34,797 nt of DNA from a virus (Duplodnaviria > Caudoviricetes), in IMG/VR virus record IMGVR_UViG_3300012942_000093, positions 1 to 34,797 of that record, one strand, 5' to 3'. The position numbers and the translations under genes were made by a program. Positions 1 to 8,187 of the stretch are shown here, piece after piece. The notes below the pieces were generated by a model, which saw only the letters and a list, made by a program, of their open reading frames with translations, was not told the DNA's origin and ran no database searches. Within the stretch, counting starts at the first letter, position 1. Each line of letters starts with the position of its first letter.

Positions 1-139
1 CCAAGTGCGGGACCAAGTGCGGGACCAAGTGCGGGACCAAGTGCGGGACCAAGTGCGGGACCAAGTGTGGGACCAAGTGCGGGACCAAGTGTCGGACCAA
101 GTGTCGGACCAAGTGCGGGACCAAGTGTGGGGCCAAGTG
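1..139 (+). repeat. 12-bp coding tandem repeat CCAAGTGCGGGA, 11 units plus a partial
   Basis: Units start at 1, 13, 25 ... 133. Variation is almost all in one codon (CGG/TGG/TCG). Confidence 0.97.
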
Positions 140-877
140 GAAAAAGAAAAACTCGAAATATTCACCTGGGCGTGGGAATCTCTAGCGTGGAGGTCTGATG
201 ACTTCTCCTATCTTGATTTCTTCTATCAAATTGGAATCACTGACCACGAGGGATTAAAGAAATATATCGACTATTTACAGTCTGGCGTATTCTTCGCTAT
301 TTTCCTAGGGGGATTCGCAATCGTTTCACGACGTCCCACAGCGATACGGAGAGATACTAGCCATGCATTAGACAGCGACCAATTACCTGCTATCGAATTT
401 AAGGATGGATATAAACTATGGTTCTTACACGGTGTAGCTTTTGAGGAAGACATTTGGAAAAGAGTAGTATCTCAAGAACTTACTTTACCAGAGCTTGCAA
501 AACTCAACTTAGGTGCAGACCAGAGGGCAGTAGCAATTCAGATGCTTCGCCCGGACCGGCTACTCGAACAGATGGGTGCTAAGAAAATCGCCACAGGTCT
601 TAAGTATACAAAACTCCAAGAAATGTATGGTGAAGACTACTGTGCCGCAAACTTCCCGTGGAGTCTTAATACTCCTACTGAGCTGTACGAGGTCAAGAAC
701 TTTATGGATACCGGTCGTACCGAATATTGTATGAAGATGGAACATCCCTCTATTAAAGGAAAGTTCTACATTGAATGGGTTGAACCTGAAATAGGCAAGA
801 AAGCCGATGCAGACTTAGCACAGGCCCACGCGTTCGGTATGAGCGTTGAAGAATACTTTAAGGCAAGCGAGGCGTAA
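1..877 (+). CDS. 5'-truncated repeat protein with DUF6745-like C-terminal domain
   Basis: Frame open from the window edge. (R/W/S)DQV repeats are followed by RPTAIRRD...PAIEFKDGYKLWFLHGV, recalled as typical of DUF6745 proteins. Confidence 0.7.
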   Translation, partial: QVRDQVRDQVRDQVRDQVRDQVWDQVRDQVSDQVSDQVRDQVWGQVEKEKLEIFTWAWESLAWRSDDFSYLDFFYQIGITDHEGLKKYIDYLQSGVFFAIFLGGFAIVSRRPTAIRRDTSHALDSDQLPAIEFKDGYKLWFLHGVAFEEDIWKRVVSQELTLPELAKLNLGADQRAVAIQMLRPDRLLEQMGAKKIATGLKYTKLQEMYGEDYCAANFPWSLNTPTELYEVKNFMDTGRTEYCMKMEHPSIKGKFYIEWVEPEIGKKADADLAQAHAFGMSVEEYFKASEA

Positions 878-880
878 ACT

Positions 881-1372
881 ATGAAAACAATTAAACTAGC
901 AGACGGCACAGACCTCACCCTAAGTGACGGGAAGTACGAAGAGTTTAAGAAACAGTTCAGTACACCTGAGAATGTACGGTGGAGAGCGGGGCGTAAGGAA
1001 GAATACTGGTTTGTTGATGAGGAGGGCGATGCCTGGGATTGTATAGAGACTGACAGTACTAAAGATGAGTGGCGGTATAACACAGGTAACTACTTCAAAT
1101 CTGAATCTGAAGCAGAGCACCATAAACAAGTCCTCCTAGCTACTCAGAAGATTAAAGACTACGCATTACAGTTTGGGTATACTCCTGATTGGAGTAATGT
1201 CGACGAGTTCAAATATGAAGTCATTTATTACCACGATATTAAAAAGCTAAATGTCTATATTCGTACATCATCGCAATTTAGCACATTGCCTTACTACCGA
1301 ACATCTGACGACGCATACAAAGCTATTAAAGAACTAGAAGCAGAATACAAACTAGTATTCGGAGTTGAGTAA
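881..1372 (+). CDS. hypothetical phage protein
   Basis: 163-aa ORF tightly packed after the upstream gene. Confidence 0.8.
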   Translation: MKTIKLADGTDLTLSDGKYEEFKKQFSTPENVRWRAGRKEEYWFVDEEGDAWDCIETDSTKDEWRYNTGNYFKSESEAEHHKQVLLATQKIKDYALQFGYTPDWSNVDEFKYEVIYYHDIKKLNVYIRTSSQFSTLPYYRTSDDAYKAIKELEAEYKLVFGVE

Positions 1373-1498
1373 TGGACGATACAGAACCAAACCAACTAAA
1401 GGAGCGAGAGTAATGAACCGTCGTCAAATCTTATGGGAGTTAATGGTATGAGTAAGATAGCGAGTAAACTAACACAAGAGGAGGGAAGTGATGAGTAA
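1372..1498 (+). other. three coupled minicistrons: 1372-1413 (13 aa), 1413-1451 (12 aa), 1448-1498 (16 aa)
   Basis: TAATG and ATGA overlaps; each ends with an SD-like AAGGAG, GGGAG or GAGGAGG. Confidence 0.5.
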
Positions 1499-1895
1499 TG
1501 ATACTGAGCTCTTTGAGCTATGTAAGGAAGTGTATGAGAAGTTTCCTGAATGGAATGACACACTTCAATGTGTTTGGAACGGTAAAATATCAATGCCCGA
1601 GAAAAGCGTCGTTGATTACGGTATTGAATCAAAGTACACAGGCTATCACCCTCTCTATACCTCTGACTACCTACTAGAGAAGCTACCAACTAAAACACGG
1701 GTCGAAAAACATCACATCATGGGTCATCCCGACAAGCGAAAACACCTACCAGACTACGACGTTTATAACGCCTACCGTCACACGGCAACCGCTCAGCACT
1801 GGGTACAATCCGACACCCCACTTAAAGCCCTCCTAAAACTAACCCTAGCGCTTCATGAAGCAGGTATTGAGCTAAAGGAGCCTAGTGATGTCTAG
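1491..1895 (+). CDS. hypothetical phage protein
   Basis: ORF with SD GAGGAGG; ATG 1491 preferred over GTG 1488. Confidence 0.8.
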   Translation: MSNDTELFELCKEVYEKFPEWNDTLQCVWNGKISMPEKSVVDYGIESKYTGYHPLYTSDYLLEKLPTKTRVEKHHIMGHPDKRKHLPDYDVYNAYRHTATAQHWVQSDTPLKALLKLTLALHEAGIELKEPSDV

Positions 1896-2307
1896 TGATA
1901 CGGAAGCCTTACGAGAACCGTTCTATGCAGTCGCTGTAATGCACCAAGGAACAGAGCCAGATGGTGGTGACTCGTTCAGTATTAGTAAGAAAGACTTTAA
2001 CGCATATATCTATAATCTTGAAGCCACCCTAAAAGCTGAATATGAGGAGAAGATACGGGAGGCACGCAAGCAGGGCTATATCGATGGTATTAAATCAGAC
2101 GAGCGATCAACTGACGAGGTAATAACCAAATCAACTATTAAAGCTCTTGAAGACATAAGGATGTATGCACTTGATTGTACTTTTGGTACTAGCTGGGAAA
2201 GTAAACATGTTGAGAAAGCGGTTCCAATCAAGTCTATCGAGAGCAGGATAGAATATTTCAAGTCAACCCTTAGCGCCCAAAAGAAGGAGCTAGAACAAGA
2301 TGAGTAA
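1888..2307 (+). CDS. hypothetical phage protein
   Basis: ORF with AAGGAG SD, overlapping the previous stop. Confidence 0.75.
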   Translation: MSSDTEALREPFYAVAVMHQGTEPDGGDSFSISKKDFNAYIYNLEATLKAEYEEKIREARKQGYIDGIKSDERSTDEVITKSTIKALEDIRMYALDCTFGTSWESKHVEKAVPIKSIESRIEYFKSTLSAQKKELEQDE

Positions 2308-2437
2308 CCAACCACAGAAGATAGATACCCATATAGAAACGAGCGAAGGATATGAGATAGAGAAGCGTGACGATGATCTCATCCAGGAATTAATCGAACA
2401 ATGGAACAACCTTGTAGATTATCTAGGAGGTCAGTAA
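2300..2437 (+). CDS. small acidic hypothetical protein (45 aa, MSNQPQKID...)
   Basis: Not in the ORF track; SD AAGGAG; TAATG coupling to the next gene. Confidence 0.65.
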   Translation: MSNQPQKIDTHIETSEGYEIEKRDDDLIQELIEQWNNLVDYLGGQ

Positions 2438-2745
2438 TGACTAACTTACCAGACGATGAGGGGTTGAGGGAGGAGCTAAAGAAGTGTTTTGTTGACACTG
2501 AGATGCAGCACGATGATGAGCTTACCTTGTTTGATACAGACATGACTATTGAATCTATCATGGCTCTTATCTCCCAAAAGATTTTAGAGGCAAGGCAGGA
2601 TGAGTTGGGCCGTGTTGAACCAGTGGATGAGGTAATTATTTGGACGACTGGAGATGACCCTGAACTAGCCATGACTATCAAGGAGCGTATCGCTGAACTT
2701 GAATCCACCCTCACCACTAAGCAAGACACAAAGGAGAACCTATGA
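2437..2745 (+). CDS. hypothetical phage protein
   Basis: Start revised to ATG 2437 (AGGAGG SD, TAATG overlap). Confidence 0.75.
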   Translation: MTNLPDDEGLREELKKCFVDTEMQHDDELTLFDTDMTIESIMALISQKILEARQDELGRVEPVDEVIIWTTGDDPELAMTIKERIAELESTLTTKQDTKENL

Positions 2746-3029
2746 GTACACAAGCAGACAACACACAGGGGCTAGGAGAGATATTGGAACGCTACAAACT
2801 CGGCAGTTATCTTGATTTTCCTAAAGACATAAGGTACGCCAGAACTGAGGATGAGACGGTACAAGCTATCTTAGGTTGGGTTGATAAGGTGGTGATAGGT
2901 GAAAACGAAGCAGGGGAACGACGTGGTATGAGATATGTTGCCAACTCAAATACCGCTCGTCGTAATACTCTACGCAATAAGCAGCGTAACATATTAAGGG
3001 AGCATGGCTATAAGGAGAAAACACTATGA
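2742..3029 (+). CDS. hypothetical phage protein
   Basis: ATGA overlap, AAGGAG SD. Confidence 0.75.
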   Translation: MSTQADNTQGLGEILERYKLGSYLDFPKDIRYARTEDETVQAILGWVDKVVIGENEAGERRGMRYVANSNTARRNTLRNKQRNILREHGYKEKTL

Positions 3030-3268
3030 CATATAGACAAATGCTCTACACCAATAGCTGTAAGGCCTGTAGGATCATTGATCGACTCACGACACTAACA
3101 GCCGAATTGGCAGTATTCACGTTTATGGTGCACAACAATGGGCTAAAGGGAATGGTCCTATTCATTTTTATGCAACCTATCATCTTATTAGCAGCTTTTA
3201 TTGTCCGAAAGACATTGCCGATGTCACACCACATGTTTAATGAACAATTCTATAAGGAGGATAAGTAA
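3026..3268 (+). CDS. small membrane protein with N-terminal CxxC
   Basis: ATGA overlap, TAAGGAG SD, hydrophobic segments. Confidence 0.7.
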   Translation: MTYRQMLYTNSCKACRIIDRLTTLTAELAVFTFMVHNNGLKGMVLFIFMQPIILLAAFIVRKTLPMSHHMFNEQFYKEDK

Positions 3269-3423
3269 TGTTAATGACACAAGTACGCCTAATTAGACCA
3301 GTGGGAGAATTAACAAGGGGTATGTATACAATGGCGACGGCGAATATCCCTCAGAAAGTGCATACGCCGTTTGCAAGAAATGTGTTACAGAGCATCCGAA
3401 GGAGGTCATGTGAGAAAGAATAG
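3268..3423 (+). CDS. small hypothetical protein (51 aa)
   Basis: TAAGGAGG SD and TAATG overlap; reading frame uncertain. Confidence 0.4.
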   Translation: MLMTQVRLIRPVGELTRGMYTMATANIPQKVHTPFARNVLQSIRRRSCEKE

Positions 3424-3571
3424 AGGCGCGTTATTTTACATAGTTATTACCGTATTAGCATTAACAATATCAATTATCTGTTATGCGTTTTGGTTTACCG
3501 CGCCATGTTCGCAATTTAAGACCTTTCCACTCAATATTGGATATGCGCCAGCTAGATGTATAGGTGAATAA
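3410..3571 (+). CDS. small single-pass membrane protein
   Basis: GTG after AAGGAGG; hydrophobic LFYIVITVLALTISIICYAFWF. Confidence 0.6.
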   Translation: MRKNRGALFYIVITVLALTISIICYAFWFTAPCSQFKTFPLNIGYAPARCIGE

Positions 3572-4061
3572 TATGACAGATGAAGAACTTAAGCAAAAGA
3601 TCCACGATATAACTCAGACAATGTTAGAGGCTCTTAGCGAGTGGCAAGCCGGCGCGGTAGTGAGCTATACGTCGATAAAGGAAAAAGGCCGTCAAGATTT
3701 GTTTGATCTCATTAAGCCTGTGGATAACCACCTTGAGGAAGACCTAAAACAGGTTTCCACGCGTGAAAAAGGATCACTAAACAGTATCCTGAAAGAGCTT
3801 GTAAACGATATTGACGATGACCCTATGTTTATGACAAACGGAGCATACATCGAAAAGGCTGAGAAGGACATTCAATCCTACATAGATGCTAATTATGTGG
3901 CTAAGAAGGACGCATTCGTTTACTTCGATACGGGTAAGAGCAAGACCGTAATGCCAGAAGGGTCAACACTCATGAGCAATGTTGGTCAGTCAAATGGATA
4001 TAGAGGTGACGCCCTTGAGACCCAGAAGCACGCAGAGATGATAAATAAGGAGAAAGAGTGA
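3564..4061 (+). CDS. hypothetical phage protein
   Basis: 165-aa ORF in the packed operon. Confidence 0.75.
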   Translation: MNNMTDEELKQKIHDITQTMLEALSEWQAGAVVSYTSIKEKGRQDLFDLIKPVDNHLEEDLKQVSTREKGSLNSILKELVNDIDDDPMFMTNGAYIEKAEKDIQSYIDANYVAKKDAFVYFDTGKSKTVMPEGSTLMSNVGQSNGYRGDALETQKHAEMINKEKE

Positions 4062-4276
4062 TGGCAGAACCAATAAGTTATACAGTGACAGCAGAATACA
4101 TTCAGCATCGAGTTGTAAATGGCACATATCAAGCACGCCTCTATTGGAGGGTGCAAGATGGCATCGTCTATGTGAAGGAACCTGATGGTTGGCTACCCAC
4201 AAAAATACCCGTTGAGTTCTTGAAAGAAGCCTTACCAAAAGAGGCCAAGCAGACCCCATTTATAGGTAAACATTAG
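4061..4276 (+). CDS. hypothetical phage protein
   Basis: TAAGGAG SD, TGATG coupling. Confidence 0.7.
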   Translation: MAEPISYTVTAEYIQHRVVNGTYQARLYWRVQDGIVYVKEPDGWLPTKIPVEFLKEALPKEAKQTPFIGKH

Positions 4277-4284
4277 GAGAGAGA

Positions 4285-4470
4285 ATGGTAAGCAAGAAAC
4301 GTCCCAACGCCTTTGTAGATAGAAGCGCAAAACGTAAAGGTCTACCAGTAGGAGCATATGAGAAGTTACTAATAAATATGAGCCTACAAGAAATGATACA
4401 GCGCTCAGGGGGGAAGCATAATGAAACAACTGACTCATCTTCTAACCAAGGAGATGACACCAAAAACTAA
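4285..4470 (+). CDS. small basic hypothetical protein
   Basis: AGGAG SD upstream. Confidence 0.55.
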   Translation: MVSKKRPNAFVDRSAKRKGLPVGAYEKLLINMSLQEMIQRSGGKHNETTDSSSNQGDDTKN

Positions 4471-4576
4471 AAAGAACTTGAATGAGATCGCTTTTATATG
4501 GGGTTTAGCAGGCCTGTTTACTCTGCTTTTCCTTTTGTCTTTGGGGATTGATAGTATTGAGAAGTTATTAAGCTAA
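4421..4576 (+). CDS. small membrane protein (51 aa)
   Basis: Not in the track; MKQLTHLL...IAFIWGLAGLFTLLFLLSLGI hydrophobic segment. Confidence 0.55.
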   Translation: MKQLTHLLTKEMTPKTKKNLNEIAFIWGLAGLFTLLFLLSLGIDSIEKLLS

Positions 4577-4608
4577 TATTGAAAGCTTGCGAAAGTTTAA
4601 GGTAAATT

Positions 4609-4896
4609 ATGAACGTGGCAGAACATGGAAAGAAGCAAAGTACAAATGAATATATGCCAGAAGACTACATATCCTATATAGGCATCAGACTCAATAAGTA
4701 CAATGAGTTTGTTTCATATATGATAATGTTTAGATGTCCGACTGGCGAGGTGAGAGGGTTCCGTGCTTATTCCAAGAGGTCAATCATTGAAAATTGTACT
4801 CTCGGAGCGTTAGGTTTCAAGGATATTCCTGGATCATGGACAAATGTGGAACCTATAAAGGATTCGAATGTTTTATATCACGGTGATCTAAAATGA
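4609..4896 (+). CDS. hypothetical protein
   Basis: 95-aa AT-rich ORF. Confidence 0.6.
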   Translation: MNVAEHGKKQSTNEYMPEDYISYIGIRLNKYNEFVSYMIMFRCPTGEVRGFRAYSKRSIIENCTLGALGFKDIPGSWTNVEPIKDSNVLYHGDLK

Positions 4897-4999
4897 AATA
4901 CATAAAGCTAGATGAAACAGAGCTATTAGGTTATCGCTAGACATTAACAGTGTTGAGAGACTGATTAGTTAAGAATCTTATACTTTCTTTCAAAAAGTG

Positions 5000-5028
5000 T
5001 TGACTTATAAGCATAACTGATATATTAT
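5000..5028 (+). promoter_or_regulatory. sigma70-type promoter
   Basis: TTGACT-17 nt-TATTAT. Confidence 0.75.
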
Positions 5029-5065
5029 AGATACATAAGATAAATCATAGAAAGGCAATAAAGCT

Positions 5066-5224
5066 ATGACATACGAAGAAGTAAAGTACGAGCTACAAAT
5101 GATGAGTAGTGAAGAAATAAACTCTTGGATGGTTCGTAACTATGGTGAGACAGTAGAATCACTTTACGGCGTTCTACCTCGTGAAGAACTTATCCACCAG
5201 ATCGCAAGCAACAACGCACAATAG
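5066..5224 (+). CDS. small hypothetical protein (52 aa, MTYEEVKYEL...)
   Basis: Not in the track; own promoter and AGAAAGG SD. Confidence 0.7.
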   Translation: MTYEEVKYELQMMSSEEINSWMVRNYGETVESLYGVLPREELIHQIASNNAQ

Positions 5225-5266
5225 TATGTGACCTGAGTATGTCCTTAAACTGCTTTGCCTTATTAG

Positions 5267-5275
5267 TGCTATACT
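5267..5275 (+). promoter_or_regulatory. extended -10 promoter
   Basis: TGcTATACT; predicted +1 near 5282. Confidence 0.55.
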
Positions 5276-5329
5276 AAAGTCAGTACCTTTACATCTACGG
5301 CCAAGTTAAGTTTAGAAAGAAGTTTAGTT

Positions 5330-5623
5330 ATGAAAGCAGAAGTTAGTTATTCAAGCTTCCTTATTGATACCAAAGATGGGACATTTGTTCCCATCAGTCA
5401 TAGAGAGCTAGATAGTTTAGTAGGTCGTCTTATGCAGATGTGCGACTTGATTGGTGATGTAGAGCAACGTAATGCTCTAAAGGATACCATCAAGCGCAAT
5501 TGCAGGGACTGGCTAGATGATGAGTATGCCAACAGAGGCTACGACAAATACGAAGGTGCACGCATCGGATCGCACTATATTGACGCAACAGACACTTCAG
5601 TTGTAGAAACTGTCGAAAATTAA
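5330..5623 (+). CDS. hypothetical protein enclosed by a long-range RNA stem
   Basis: 97-aa ORF flanked by complementary arms 5282-5305 and 5632-5655. Confidence 0.75.
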   Translation: MKAEVSYSSFLIDTKDGTFVPISHRELDSLVGRLMQMCDLIGDVEQRNALKDTIKRNCRDWLDDEYANRGYDKYEGARIGSHYIDATDTSVVETVEN

Positions 5624-5651
5624 TTAACCACCTTGGCCGTGGTTGTGAGAG

Positions 5652-5660
5652 TGCTATAAT
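5652..5660 (+). promoter_or_regulatory. extended -10 promoter
   Basis: TGcTATAAT. Confidence 0.6.
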
Positions 5661-5701
5661 AGAACCACAACAAACTATTCGTGTTTGTACACCGACGAGA
5701 C

Positions 5702-5740
5702 TAAATAAACCCTGTCATAACGATGGGGTTTATTTATATA
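5702..5740. terminator. probable bidirectional intrinsic terminator
   Basis: TAAATAAACCCTGTC-ataac-GATGGGGTTTATTTA, 15-bp stem with 2 G-U pairs. Confidence 0.7.
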
Positions 5741-5770
5741 CCAGAGTATTGTGATATATTTAAACTAGAT

Positions 5771-6184
5771 ATGGGAATGACTACAAAGCAAGTCACTGAC
5801 ATGAATCGCAACCCTAAGGGTAAGGGCGGTTTCGGTGACAATCCACAGAACCGTAGTGACGGTGGTTGGAAGAAAGAGATGGTATTCTCTTACCAGTATA
5901 GGCGCTTTATGAATATGAGCCTTAATGAGCTCAATGATTGGCGTGGACTTGCTGATATGGATAAGAAGGTAGTTGAAGAGCTGGCTTACCAAGCAGTAAT
6001 GAGAGCTAAGGCTAGTCTACCTGATGTTAAAGAGATAACAGATAGAACTGAGGGTAAGGCTAAGGAAAGCATTGATATTACTACAGACGGTGAATCACTT
6101 AATAAGGTACGCCAACTAAGCGATGATGAGTTAGCAGAAAGACTCAGAGAGTACATGAGCAGAGGGAAAAGCGATGGCAAATAA
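5771..6184 (+). CDS. terS: terminase small subunit (putative)
   Basis: NPKGKGGF...NR N-terminus and DRTEGK...IDIT...LSDDEL C-terminus typical of TerS; sits upstream of terL. Start 5771/5777 chosen because 5723 lies inside the hairpin. Confidence 0.75.
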   Translation: MGMTTKQVTDMNRNPKGKGGFGDNPQNRSDGGWKKEMVFSYQYRRFMNMSLNELNDWRGLADMDKKVVEELAYQAVMRAKASLPDVKEITDRTEGKAKESIDITTDGESLNKVRQLSDDELAERLREYMSRGKSDGK

Positions 6185-6299
6185 ATCATCTGTGATATAT
6201 CAAGTAACATACTCAGCTAATAAGGTGCCAGAATTTACGGGTTTATACAAAATTGTATCAAAATGTCTTATCACAGATGGTATAAATGGAAGATTATAG
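6174..6299 (+). CDS. possible 41-aa bridging ORF between terS and terL
   Basis: Overlaps both neighbours; GAGGG upstream. Confidence 0.3.
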   Translation: MANKSSVIYQVTYSANKVPEFTGLYKIVSKCLITDGINGRL

Positions 6300-7896
6300 C
6301 CTAATCGAGCTTCTTGATGAGGCAGACAGGCGTGAAGCACGTGCCAACTGTGTATTCTTCATTGAGCACTACCTAAAGACCTTTGACCCACGTCCCGAGG
6401 CCTACCCACACCATCTACCATTCAAGCTCTACGACTTCCAGAAGGACTATGTAAATGGCCTCGTAAAGGCAATTAGAGAGGGTTACGATGTATTCGATGA
6501 GAAGTCTAGGGATATGGGTGTCTCATGGCTAGCCTTGGCTGTACGCTTTTGGTTCTGGAACTTTGAAGATGGTTATCAGGGCTTACTAGGTTCGCGTAAA
6601 GAAGAGTACGTGGATGATGGCACGCTAGCGTCTCTTTATGGTAAGCTGGACTATTTCATACAGAATATATCCGACCCGCTCATCCTACCTGAGGGATTCG
6701 AGACAAAGAAGCATCGAACGTACATGAAGCTCGTCAACCCAGCTAATGGGAACGTGTTAAAAGGCGAGAGTTCAAACAAGAACTTCTCACGTGGTGGACG
6801 CTACAAGGATGTATTCTTTGACGAGATAGGCTTCTGGCCTGATGCTCGTAGCTCTTGGACTGCAGCAGGAGATGCAACGCACTGCCGACATGGAGTTACT
6901 ACCCCACCTGACGAACCATCATATGCGAGGACGTTGAGATTTTCAGATAAAGTATTAGTACGTACATGGCACTGGTCACTTCACCCTCATAAGGACAAAT
7001 CATGGTACGAGTACGAGAAGACCAGGCGTAGTGAGGAGGAAGTCCTCCATGAGATAGACATCAGCTGGGAATACTCAAACACCGGCCGGCCATACCCTGA
7101 GATTACACGCGTGCCTATCCAACAGGTGGATTATGATGAAGAACTACCTCTTTACGTAGCGATGGACCTTGGCCTTGATGCTGTGGCCCTGGGGTATTAC
7201 CAACCTATAAAGAATAGCGAATGGATAGCTATGATAGACGCACACTTAGAGAGCGACCATATCATGGAGTGGTACTTTCCATTCCTTGGCCTAGAGGATT
7301 GTGTAAACGTAGAAGAGTGCCCGTGGTGTGGAGGCCAGCATAACTTCGAGTACACAGACAAGCAACTGGAGTTTATTAAGAAGGCCAAAGGATGGCGCAA
7401 GGATGTTGTGTTTGGTGACCCATCAGGCAAGCAACGGCATATTGAGTCAGGTGTTAGTCCTTATAAGATACTAGAAGACCATGGCATTGATGTACAAGTG
7501 AATGATATGGAGAATGACTGGATACACCGTAGGGATGCTACGAGACGTTTGTTTACTAAGCTCGTCGTCAACGATACAGAGGGAACACGTTACTGGGCTG
7601 AATGTATTAAGAACGCTCACTACCCCAAGCGTGAGGAGACGAGTCAATCAGTCACCCCAATTACAAAACCGGTGCACGACTGGACATCCCACCATAGGAC
7701 GCAGACAGAGTTCTTCTCAGTGAACTATAAGGGAGAGTATGATATTAACCCAGGGTTTGTTGAACGCAACCCACCAAGTGGTGAGAAAGCAAAGGTAGAG
7801 TGGATGGGACAGGACGATGGTACAATTCAGGGAACAGGTATTGATTTACAACAACTATTAAGTGGAACTGGTGACAGAGATTGGAGAAGCATGTAA
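6286..7896 (+). CDS. terL: terminase large subunit
   Basis: Adenine-binding YDFQ, Walker A EKSRDMGVS, Walker B VFFDE, nuclease AMDLG, GDPSG, PVHDWTSH. Confidence 0.93.
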   Translation: MEDYSLIELLDEADRREARANCVFFIEHYLKTFDPRPEAYPHHLPFKLYDFQKDYVNGLVKAIREGYDVFDEKSRDMGVSWLALAVRFWFWNFEDGYQGLLGSRKEEYVDDGTLASLYGKLDYFIQNISDPLILPEGFETKKHRTYMKLVNPANGNVLKGESSNKNFSRGGRYKDVFFDEIGFWPDARSSWTAAGDATHCRHGVTTPPDEPSYARTLRFSDKVLVRTWHWSLHPHKDKSWYEYEKTRRSEEEVLHEIDISWEYSNTGRPYPEITRVPIQQVDYDEELPLYVAMDLGLDAVALGYYQPIKNSEWIAMIDAHLESDHIMEWYFPFLGLEDCVNVEECPWCGGQHNFEYTDKQLEFIKKAKGWRKDVVFGDPSGKQRHIESGVSPYKILEDHGIDVQVNDMENDWIHRRDATRRLFTKLVVNDTEGTRYWAECIKNAHYPKREETSQSVTPITKPVHDWTSHHRTQTEFFSVNYKGEYDINPGFVERNPPSGEKAKVEWMGQDDGTIQGTGIDLQQLLSGTGDRDWRSM

Positions 7897-8114
7897 TGTG
7901 GACTTGGAGCATTATTTTAACAAGCAAGAACCTACCTCAGGCTGTTCCTTATTTCTGTATGCGTTGCCGGTCAAGACTGTTTCACGTTAATAGAGATGTG
8001 ATGGCAGTATGGCAAGGTGATGGTTATCCTGAGTCTGAGATACCCAAGAACATGGGACTGGTACAAAAGAAATGCCACGGTTGTGAGACTGTATACAACT
8101 TTTATTTCCAGTAA
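7896..8114 (+). CDS. Com-like C4 zinc-ribbon protein, candidate late regulator
   Basis: CMRCRSRLF ... VQKKCHGC resembles the Mu Com pattern with a longer spacer; TAATG-coupled to terL. Confidence 0.6.
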   Translation: MWTWSIILTSKNLPQAVPYFCMRCRSRLFHVNRDVMAVWQGDGYPESEIPKNMGLVQKKCHGCETVYNFYFQ

Positions 8115-8116
8115 TA

Positions 8117-8172
8117 TGCTACAATGCAATCATAAGGTAATAGAGCCGTACATCTTCGTGCGGCTTATTTTA
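8117..8172 (+). promoter_or_regulatory. late leader copy 1 (promoter plus AGCCG hairpin attenuator)
   Basis: TGcTACAAT-N6-ATAAGG-TAATAG-AGCCGTAC/GTGCGGCT-TATTTT. Confidence 0.85.
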
Positions 8173-8187
8173 TAGAGGAGAAAAGCT

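Noticed and set aside
1-139. CRISPR array
   Set aside because: 12-bp head-to-tail units without spacers, in frame within a CDS
3316-3413. Alternative frame ending ...AVCKKCVTEHPKEVM, suggesting a frameshifted gene
   Set aside because: No start before an upstream TAG and no slippery site; cannot be separated from chance
6220-6232. ATAAGGTGCCAG as a seventh late leader
   Set aside because: No properly spaced -10, no AGCCG, no hairpin or T tract
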